Positions 16,999 through 25,500 of a DNA stretch of 36,019 bases are shown here, piece after piece. The notes beneath the pieces were generated by a model. That model was given only the letters and a program-made list of their open reading frames with translations, made no database searches and had not been told where the DNA came from. Position 1 is the stretch's first letter, and the number at the start of each line of letters is the position of its first letter. The translations under genes and the position numbers were made by a program. The DNA is from a virus. Its lineage: Duplodnaviria; Caudoviricetes. The stretch lies in the IMG/VR virus record IMGVR_UViG_3300039916_000027, positions 1 to 36,019 of that record. One strand, given 5' to 3'.

Positions 16999-17117
16999 TG
17001 GGCACGGCCGTCGTCCTTCTGGGATGGCGGCCTGCCGACTTCTGGCGCTGCACACCGGTCGAATTCTGGACCGCTATGAAGGCGTTCGAGCGCGCCAATC
17101 CCCCCAACCCGACCTGA
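16998..17117 (+). CDS. Tail assembly chaperone C-terminal (gpT-like) segment, probably reached by -1 frameshift
   Basis: LGWRPADFWRCTPVEF motif in the -1 frame relative to the upstream chaperone; frame open back past GGGGGAA 16938-16944. Confidence 0.78.
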   Translation: MGTAVVLLGWRPADFWRCTPVEFWTAMKAFERANPPNPT

Positions 17118-17129
17118 CAGGAGGCGTCT

Positions 17130-20100
17130 ATGGCTGATCAGACCGAACGCCTGCTATTGCAGGTCGACGCCGCGACCGAGTTGCTGCGCCGCAACCTCGC
17201 CGAGGGCGAGAAGCCGCTCGAACGATTCGAGAAGCGCGCCGCCAAGATGGCGGAAGGCGTCGACGGTTCGATCAGCAACATGGGCAAGCGGTTTGGCGCG
17301 TTCGCCGACCTCGCCGAGAGCGCGGCCTCCCGCACGCAGAAGTCGTTCGAGGCGAGTTTCAGCCAGGTTCAACGGATCGCCGCTACCGCGATCAAGGGAC
17401 CGACGATCGAAGGCGGCATCAATCTCGGGGCGGATGATATCCGGGCCGGTGCTGCCGCTGCCCAAGACCAGGCGCGGGCTTACGCACTTATCGCCGAGGC
17501 GGCGGAACGGGCCGCTTCCGCCGAGCGCGACACCTCGGAAGCAACCCGCCTTTTCATCCAGGCGACCAACGCGTCTCGCATCGAAGCCGAACAGAAAGCT
17601 GCTGCTCTGCTCGCCGAGGCAGGGGCGTTGGAACGCGTGGAGATCGAGCTACGGCAGAGCGCCGAGGCGACCGAACTGTTCGTCACGAAGCATCAGCGCA
17701 TTGCTGAGGCGGCGGCCGAGCAACAGCGTCTGTCGGTTGCAACGGCGGAGTCGGCACGCGAGCAGAAGGCGCTTGGGGCATCCGCGGAGGCCCTCCGGGC
17801 GTCGATCGACCCGATGTTTGCCGCGCAACAGCGGTTCGATGCAGAACTGACGCGCGCTGAGACGTTACTGTCCGCTGGCGCGATCAGCACTCGGGAATAT
17901 GATGCCGCGGTGCGCGTCGCCACGGACGCGTTGCAGGCACATGCCGCCCAGGTATCCGGGGCGGTCGAGAAAGAACGCCAGCTTGCTGCCAGCACCCGCG
18001 AAGCCGCGCTTGGTCAGCGCGCGCTCGCGGCTACCGCTGACATCCTGCGCGCCGAGCTCGACCCGATGTTTCTGGCGCAGAAGCGCTTCGATGACGAACT
18101 GAACCGCGCGGATGCACTGTACAAAGCTGGCATCATCTCGGTGCGCGAGTACGAACAAGCTCAGCAGCTCGCCCGGAACACGCTGCAAGGACATGCCGAG
18201 GCCGTCGCTGGCGCCAGCGCATCCGAACGCCAGCTTGTAGAGGTGCAGCAGCGCGGCACCGTCAGCGCCGGCCAACAGAAGGCTGCCATGCAGCAGCTGA
18301 GCTATCAGCTGAACGACGTGGCCACTCAGTTCGGGTCCGGAACGCCTTTGCTGCAAATTTTTGCTCAGCAAAGCGGCCAGGTTTTCCAGGCTCTTGGGAT
18401 GATGAGCTTTGGTGCCGGTGGTGCCGCGAAGGCGATCGAGAACACTGGCGGCAGTGCTGACGATGCAGTTACTGACGTCGCCGGCCTCGGGGAACAGGTA
18501 ACGGGGGTCGCCGAGAAGGCCGAAGGCATGACCGGCAAGTTCGGCGCTGCGGCGGCCTTTCTCTCCGGGCCATGGGGCGCAGCGGTCATCGCTGCTGTCA
18601 CGATCCTTACGCCCTTCATCGTCAAGCTGATCGAGGGCAACGACGCCGTCGCCGACGCAGTCGACAAGCTCACGAAGGATGCCGAGCAGACCGAAATCAC
18701 CCGGCAGGCCAAGGAAAAGTTCGCGCAGAGTGCGGCCGGCGTCGCTGCGGCAATTCGTGATGGAACAGCCGCGACGAAGGCATCGATTGACGGTCTTCGT
18801 TCCTCTGTCGAAGCGACCAACATCGCCGCCAAGCAGAACCTCGAGCATGAGATCAGCATCCGGCGGGTAACTCTCGCGCAAATCGCACAGGCGAAGGTGT
18901 TGGCAGAAAATGCCAAGGGTTCGAGTCTGGCGGCCAACGGGCCCGGATCCGGGCAGTCGATTGTCGCGAACCAATACGCCTCGCGCGTCGACGAGTTGAC
19001 CAAGCAGCTCTCGGATCAGCAGAAGCTAATCGACGAGGCGCAGGCCCGCGTCAGCGCGACCCGCGTCGACCTTGCTACGGAAGCAGCCACGCGCGCGGTT
19101 GATCCGATGGCGCGGATCAAGAAGCTGTACGATGACCAGGCAAATGCCGCTCGGGCAAAGGCGCGCGCCGAAAAGTCCGTTACGAGCGAACTGACGAACC
19201 AGCTGGCCGCAATCGAACGCAATCGCCAAGCCGCAATCAAGGCTGAGCAGGATCGTACTTCAGCTGAGACGCGGAAACCGAACAACAATCAGATTGGTCG
19301 AACCGTCAATGTTGCCGAAGCGACCAGCATCGTTGCTAGCATCGGCGGGCGGGTCACCAGTGGCCTGCGCTCGACCGAGCGCCAAGCGCAGCTGTATGCG
19401 GACAAGCTCGCCGGGCGGCACGCCGGACCGGTCGCCAAGCCCGGCACCAGCGATCATGAGCGCGGTCAGGCGATCGACGTCGCCTACGGGCCCGGCATCA
19501 GCGTGGCGTCGATTCGGCAGGCGTTCGCCAAGGAAGGCGTGGCGATCCGCCAGCTGATCGACGAACGCGATCAGAAGGTGTTTCACGTCGCCTTCGGCAA
19601 GAAGGGGCCGAGTCAGCAGTCGGTAGACGATCGCGCCGAGCGCGCGCGGCAGAAGGTGCTCAGCGACGACATCGCCTACGGCCAGGAAGAGCAGTCCGCG
19701 CGGCAGCGTCTCGCCGCGGCGACGCGCAAGTCGGCCCAGACCGAGGATCAGCGCGATGCCGAACTGGTCGCAAGCATCAATGCCGAGGCCGATAGCCGCA
19801 AGCAGAAGATCGATCTCCAGCAGGAGAAGGGGCTGTCGAAGGCGCGCGCGGACAACCTGCGGTCGCTGAACGAGCAGACCCGAGTGCAGGATCTGCAGAA
19901 CGCCGCGGCGGACCGCGCCATGCGTGTGATCGAGCAGCGGTACGACGTCGATCGGCAGAGCCTCGAATCGCGGGTCGCTCTGCTGCGCATCAGCGAGGAC
20001 ATGGCACCGACCGAGCGCGAGCGCGCGCGGATTGCCGAGCAAATCCTCGAAGCCGAGCAGACGCTTCGCCGCCAGGCGCTCGAGCGCGTGCGCGACACGT

Positions 20101-20948
20101 CGAAGGATCCGGAAGCCGTGATGTCGGCGAAGCGCTCGCTCGACGCACTGCCGGCGCTTGAGGGTGCCGAGCGCGGGCAGCTCAAGCGCCAGAACGCCTC
20201 CCCGCTCGACGCTTATCGGGAACGGCTCAAGTCGGCGACTGACGACACCAACGCCGCTTTGCAAGGCGTGGCGGTCAACGCGCTTGGATCGCTCGAAAAC
20301 AGCGTGTCCTCGTCGATCGGCAAGGTGCTGAAGCTCAAGGGGGCCTTCGGCGAAATGGCGTCGAGCATCCTCGCAGATCTCGCGCGCATTGCCGTCCAGA
20401 AAGTCATCCTTGGCGCGCTCCCAGGCGTGGGCAAGTTTCTCGGCTTGGCCGATGGCGGATCGGTCAGCGGCATCCCGGGCCGCGCGGACGGCGGCTCGCT
20501 CGGCGGTCTGATCAGCGGCCCCGGCCACGGTCGATCGGATAGCATCCTGGCGCTTCTGAAAGGCCCCGGCGGCGGCGCAGTGCGGCTATCCAACCGCGAG
20601 TTCATCATGAACGAAGGCGCTGTGAACTATTACGGCGCGAACGCGATGGCGGCGATCAACGCACGGCGGCTTCCGCGCTTCGCAAACGGCGGTTCGCTCG
20701 GCGGTTCGCCTGCCCTCCCCAGCCTTCGCGCGCCGAACCTGCCGGCGGCGGCATATGGCGGCGGCGCGAACCGGCGGCTGCAGCTGGACGGCAACATCAC
20801 GGTCACCGCCGGGCCGGAGTTCGACGCCAAGATGGAAAGCATCTCGCTGCGCACCGTGGGCGCGACCGCAGAGCCGATCATGGCGGGCGCGACGTCGCGC
20901 ACAATGCGCAAGCTGAACCGCGCCGTCTTGCCGGGAGGCTTCGACTGA
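17130..20948 (+). CDS. Tail tape measure protein with an internal M15/LAS-type peptidase domain
   Basis: 1272-aa Ala-rich helical protein; QQLSYQLNDVATQ..SG..L.IFAQQ.GQ motif; SGLRS...SDHERGQAIDV...FHVAF peptidase motif; C-terminal ADGG..GPG.GRSDSI. Confidence 0.93.
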   Translation: MADQTERLLLQVDAATELLRRNLAEGEKPLERFEKRAAKMAEGVDGSISNMGKRFGAFADLAESAASRTQKSFEASFSQVQRIAATAIKGPTIEGGINLGADDIRAGAAAAQDQARAYALIAEAAERAASAERDTSEATRLFIQATNASRIEAEQKAAALLAEAGALERVEIELRQSAEATELFVTKHQRIAEAAAEQQRLSVATAESAREQKALGASAEALRASIDPMFAAQQRFDAELTRAETLLSAGAISTREYDAAVRVATDALQAHAAQVSGAVEKERQLAASTREAALGQRALAATADILRAELDPMFLAQKRFDDELNRADALYKAGIISVREYEQAQQLARNTLQGHAEAVAGASASERQLVEVQQRGTVSAGQQKAAMQQLSYQLNDVATQFGSGTPLLQIFAQQSGQVFQALGMMSFGAGGAAKAIENTGGSADDAVTDVAGLGEQVTGVAEKAEGMTGKFGAAAAFLSGPWGAAVIAAVTILTPFIVKLIEGNDAVADAVDKLTKDAEQTEITRQAKEKFAQSAAGVAAAIRDGTAATKASIDGLRSSVEATNIAAKQNLEHEISIRRVTLAQIAQAKVLAENAKGSSLAANGPGSGQSIVANQYASRVDELTKQLSDQQKLIDEAQARVSATRVDLATEAATRAVDPMARIKKLYDDQANAARAKARAEKSVTSELTNQLAAIERNRQAAIKAEQDRTSAETRKPNNNQIGRTVNVAEATSIVASIGGRVTSGLRSTERQAQLYADKLAGRHAGPVAKPGTSDHERGQAIDVAYGPGISVASIRQAFAKEGVAIRQLIDERDQKVFHVAFGKKGPSQQSVDDRAERARQKVLSDDIAYGQEEQSARQRLAAATRKSAQTEDQRDAELVASINAEADSRKQKIDLQQEKGLSKARADNLRSLNEQTRVQDLQNAAADRAMRVIEQRYDVDRQSLESRVALLRISEDMAPTERERARIAEQILEAEQTLRRQALERVRDTSKDPEAVMSAKRSLDALPALEGAERGQLKRQNASPLDAYRERLKSATDDTNAALQGVAVNALGSLENSVSSSIGKVLKLKGAFGEMASSILADLARIAVQKVILGALPGVGKFLGLADGGSVSGIPGRADGGSLGGLISGPGHGRSDSILALLKGPGGGAVRLSNREFIMNEGAVNYYGANAMAAINARRLPRFANGGSLGGSPALPSLRAPNLPAAAYGGGANRRLQLDGNITVTAGPEFDAKMESISLRTVGATAEPIMAGATSRTMRKLNRAVLPGGFD

Positions 20949-21541
20949 TGCTCATCAACATCCCAGCGGAACCGGTAGCCTCCGATATCGAGTGGACGAT
21001 CGACCAGCCCGGTCAGGTCAATCGCGGCGAATGGACCGGTCGAAGACGCGTCACGTTGCTGCCCGCCGCGCCGCGGTGGTTTGCCAAGGTCACGCTGCCC
21101 CCGATCACAGGGGAAAGCCGCGTTCTCGACTGGCGGGCGTTCGTGGTGGACTGCGACGGCGTTGCCAACAGCTTCCGCGTCATCGCGTGCGAGGGCGATC
21201 AGATCTCCGGGTCGCTAGACGTTCGCGTGAAAGGCGGCGGCCAGGGCGGGCACGCGCTGGCGACTTCCGGTTGGGGCTCCGCTGGCCTGAAGGTCAGGCG
21301 CGGCCAGTTCGTCACGCTTGGCGATCAGCTGCTGATGCTGAACGCGGACGTGATCGCCGATGACAGCGGCAATGCGACCCTGTCGGTCAAGCCGTACATC
21401 CGCATCGTCCCTGCGGACAAAGCCCCGATCGAGGTCAAGCGGCCCTATGCCGTGATGGCGATGTCGGATCCGAAGAACGGCTGGAAGGTCGGGATCGGCA
21501 AGAAATACGCGGTCTCGTTCGACTGCGAGGAAGCGTTCTGA
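20948..21541 (+). CDS. Putative distal tail protein
   Basis: First gene after the tape measure, beta-rich, TGATG coupled; function from position. Confidence 0.65.
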   Translation: MLINIPAEPVASDIEWTIDQPGQVNRGEWTGRRRVTLLPAAPRWFAKVTLPPITGESRVLDWRAFVVDCDGVANSFRVIACEGDQISGSLDVRVKGGGQGGHALATSGWGSAGLKVRRGQFVTLGDQLLMLNADVIADDSGNATLSVKPYIRIVPADKAPIEVKRPYAVMAMSDPKNGWKVGIGKKYAVSFDCEEAF

Positions 21542-22128
21542 TGGATAGCCGCCCCGACGCCGACGCCAACGCCGCGCTATCCGCCAACGTCCGCAAGCCA
21601 GTGACGTTCTGCTTCCTCGACTTGGCCGATGGTCCGATCCGCGTCACCAACGCGCCGTACAGCTATTCCTTTACCGGCACCGGCGACGAGGATCTCGACG
21701 GCTTTACCTTCACCGCGGTCGATCCGCGCGTCGTGTCGGTCGGTACGGTCAAGGCGCGTGAGGGCGGTACCGACACGCTGTCGCTGCAGCTTTCCGGTCT
21801 CGCTGGCGTCGACGACGAACTGATGACCCAGATCGGCGATCGTGCGAACTATGTCGGGCGGGATTGCCGCCTGTGGCGCGCGATGCTGGATCCGCGGCAG
21901 CTGACCCGCATCGGCGCGATCTGGTCGTTCTACACCGGCTACATGTCGGTGCCCAAGATCGTCGGCGACCGCACCAGCCAGACGATCAACCTCGACGTCG
22001 AATCGTACCTCGCCTTCTTCGGCCAGGCGTCGAACCGCACCTATCTCGACCAGCAGAGCTACGACCCGGAAGATCGGTCGGCCGAGCTCGCGATCGCGAT
22101 CGCCAACGGCGCCAGCCGCAGAACCTGA
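21541..22128 (+). CDS. Putative tail tip / hub protein
   Basis: 195-aa ORF, TGATG coupled, between the distal tail and NlpC-like genes. Confidence 0.6.
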   Translation: MDSRPDADANAALSANVRKPVTFCFLDLADGPIRVTNAPYSYSFTGTGDEDLDGFTFTAVDPRVVSVGTVKAREGGTDTLSLQLSGLAGVDDELMTQIGDRANYVGRDCRLWRAMLDPRQLTRIGAIWSFYTGYMSVPKIVGDRTSQTINLDVESYLAFFGQASNRTYLDQQSYDPEDRSAELAIAIANGASRRT

Positions 22129-22141
22129 CCGGGAGTCGATT

Positions 22142-22564
22142 ATGTACCGTCTGCCCGACTGGGAGGCGCGGCTCGCCGCGTATCTCGAGCCCCTCCGCAC
22201 GCGCTCATTCACCTGGGGGGATCACGACTGCTGCACCTTCGCCGCTGGTGCCGTTGCGGCGATGACCGGCGTCGACCCGATGCCGGAGTTCCGTGGTCGC
22301 TACACGACGTCGCGCGGTTCGGTGCGCGCGCTGCGCCGGATCGGTGCCGGGACACTGGCGGCCACGCTCGACGGCAAGTTCGAGGCGGTAGACGCGTCCC
22401 TCGCGCACCGCGGCGACATCGTCATGTCCGACGGGTTGCTCGGCATCTGTCTCGGCCCGTTCCTTGTCGCCGTGGGCGCGGAGGGCGAGCGCGAGGGGCT
22501 CGTCCGGATCGCGCGCGCGCAGTGGGCCGCGCCGCGCGCCTGGCACGTCCGGTTCGGGTTCTGA
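22142..22564 (+). CDS. NlpC/P60-like tail assembly protein (DUF6950-like)
   Basis: RLPDWEARLAAY...FTWGDHDCCTFAA..V.AMTG.D...RGRY...RGDIV. Confidence 0.82.
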   Translation: MYRLPDWEARLAAYLEPLRTRSFTWGDHDCCTFAAGAVAAMTGVDPMPEFRGRYTTSRGSVRALRRIGAGTLAATLDGKFEAVDASLAHRGDIVMSDGLLGICLGPFLVAVGAEGEREGLVRIARAQWAAPRAWHVRFGF

Positions 22565-22567
22565 CGG

Positions 22568-25500
22568 ATGGCCAAGGCACTTAAATTCGCGGCGATCGCC
22601 GTCGGCGCAGTCGCGCTGGCATTCACCGGTGTCGGCCTCGCAGCGGGCCTTGGCGCGGCGGCGACAAGCTTCGGTGTCGGCGTGTCGGCGAGCACGCTCT
22701 TCCTCGTCTCGGGGGGCCTGAGCATTGCGGCCGGCCTGCTGCAGAAGGGGCCGAAGGTCACCGCCTCGCAGACCGATCGCCTGTCCGCCAACATCGACCC
22801 CCGCACTTTCCGCAAGACGGTGCTGGGCCAGACCGCCATGCCGGTCGACGTCCGCTATGAGGAATGGTCGGGCAAAGATCAGGAGATCTGCGAGTGGATC
22901 GTGGCCTTCGCCAGCCACGCGATCGACGGCCTCGAGGAGATCTGGTTCGACACGGAAATGGCATGGTCGGCGGCGACCGGCGTGGTCGCCAAGTACAACG
23001 GCTATTTCTCGATCCCGAACCTGATCCTCGAGGGCACGCCGCAGAACGCCTTCAGCTTCGGCCAGTGGAGTCGCGACAGCGCGCGCCTGACCGGCTGTGC
23101 GTACGCGCGCTTCCGCTTCAAGGTCACCGGCAACAGCAAGAAGGCGGAAAGCCCCTTCTCGAGCGGCATCCCCAGCCGGATCACGGTGATCGGGCGCGGC
23201 GCGAAGCTCTACGATCCGCGGCGCGACAGCACGGTCCCCGGCGGGTCCGGGCCGATGCGGTGGGACGACCAGTCGACCTGGCGCTTCACGACCGACGACG
23301 GCGTCGTGATTGGCGAGAATCTGCCGCTGCAGATCCTGCGCGTCATTCTCGGCTGGCGGATCCGCAACCCAAGCAGCGGTGAGATGAAACTCGCGACGGG
23401 TGCCGGCGTGCCGGGGCGGCGCATCAGCTTCCCGTCGTTCCAGGTCGCAGCGAACCTAGCCGACGAGCTGGTCAACCGCGCAGCAGGCGGCAACGAACCG
23501 CGCTACCACGGCGCGGGCGTGGTCTCGGAAGGGGACGATCAGAAGACCGTCCTCGATATGCTCTGCTCGGCGTGCTGCGGGCGCTTCCGGGACACCGGCG
23601 GCAAGCTGGCGCTGGCGATCTCCCACAACGACCTCGCCGCGGCGGCGGTCGACGACGGGCTCAACGACGACGACGTGGTCGGAGCGTTCACCTGGGATCC
23701 CGACCCTTCGCTCGAGACGACGCCGAACGTGGTGCGCGGGCGCTACGTCGACGCGACGTCGGCCTCGCTGTATCAGCTGATCGACTATCCCGAGGTGCGG
23801 CTGCCGAGCCCCGACGGGCAGGACCGCTTCCTGTCACTGGACCTCGGCGTCGTCGAGAGCCCCAGCCAGGCGCAGCGCATCGCCAAGCAGGTCCTGCAGC
23901 GCCGGCAATACTCGCGTCAGTTCGCCGCCCCATTCGACATCCGCGCTTGGAAATACACGGTCGGCGATGTCCTGCCGTTCACCTTCGCACCGCTCGGGTT
24001 CCAGCGCGGTGTGTTCCGGGTGAAGGAACAGGAGCTTGGTCAGGGCGGCACCTGCAACATGGTGCTGACCTTCGAGACGCCCGCCTTCTACCAGTGGGAC
24101 GCTGACGACTCCCTGCCCGTCCAGGGTGCCGAACCGATCGTCTACGACCGCGGCAACAACCCCTTGATCCTCGCGATCGACGAGGCGGCGACGACCGCCT
24201 TCTGGAACGGCGTGACCGGCGACGGAAAGCCTGAGGACGACGCGACGAACAGCGCCGACCCGAACAGCGCGTTCGGACCCGGCACCGTCGGCGGGACGAT
24301 CACCAAGATCAGCGAATTTGATGTGCAGCTTGCGGCCGCGAAAGCGCAGGTCGACGCCATAAACAATCAGACGATTCCGGCGGTCAACCAAGCCGTTGCG
24401 GTGGCAAACGACCAAATCGCAGCCGCCCGCTCCGCAGCAGAGGCCGCGGTAGCGGCGGCGCGCAAGTCCGCCGACGATGCGGTCGCGGAGGCCAATGCCA
24501 AGCTCGCAGCGGCGCGCAGCGATATTGACCGAGCGCAGATCGACCTCGCGGCGGAGGTCTCGCGGGCAAAGGGGAAAGACGAGGACCTCACACAGCGGAT
24601 CGACGCGATCTCGGCTGGCAACGGGTATGACGACACGCAGATCCGCGCGCTGATCCAGACCGTCGACACGGCCCGCGCCGACGATAAGCGCGCGATCGCG
24701 AGCCGCGTCGATTCGATCGTCACCGATTACCAGAACCGCGACACCGCAACGAACGCGCGCATCTCGCAGGACTTCACCACCTTCACCAACGCCGACCGTG
24801 CGCTTGGGTCGCGGATCGATAGCGTGATCACGAATTACCGCGGTCTCGACAGCAACACCAACTCGCGGATCACGAGCAGCGTGGCGTCGCTGTCGGACGC
24901 CGACCGCGCGCTCGGGCAGCGGATCGACGCGTTGGTCGTCGAGGGCGGCGGCTACGATGACAGCTACGTCCGGGCCGACATCACCACCAACAACACGGCC
25001 GCGATCAACCGCGATCTGGCGCTTGGGCAGCGGATCGATATCGTGTCGGCGAGTTTCAGCCGCGGCGGCGGCAACCTGCTGAGCAACAGCGACTTCGTCA
25101 GCACCGATGGATGGGCAATCGTCAACACCCTGCCCGGGGCCGAACCGCTGTCGCTCAACTCGAACGGCACGCCGTACATGGTGGGCGGAATCGAGAATAA
25201 CCTGAGCGTGCATCAGAACGGGCGCGCTGACGGCGGTGACGGGGCGTTCGTCCGGATCGCCAGCGACGCGTTCGGCGTCATCCCCGGGGCATTCCTCCAG
25301 TTCTACGCCTTCACCGCCGCGCATCGCTCGCAGGCATGGGTCAGCATTTTCTTCTACGGCGAGGATGGCTCGCTCGCCGGCGACGGTGGGCAGAACTATG
25401 GCCCCCGGACGGGCAACGGCGGGCACGACGGTTCCGGCTGGGATCAGGTCGGCGTCAAGTCGATCCGGGTGCCTGACGCCGCGCGGACCGCGCGCCTGAT

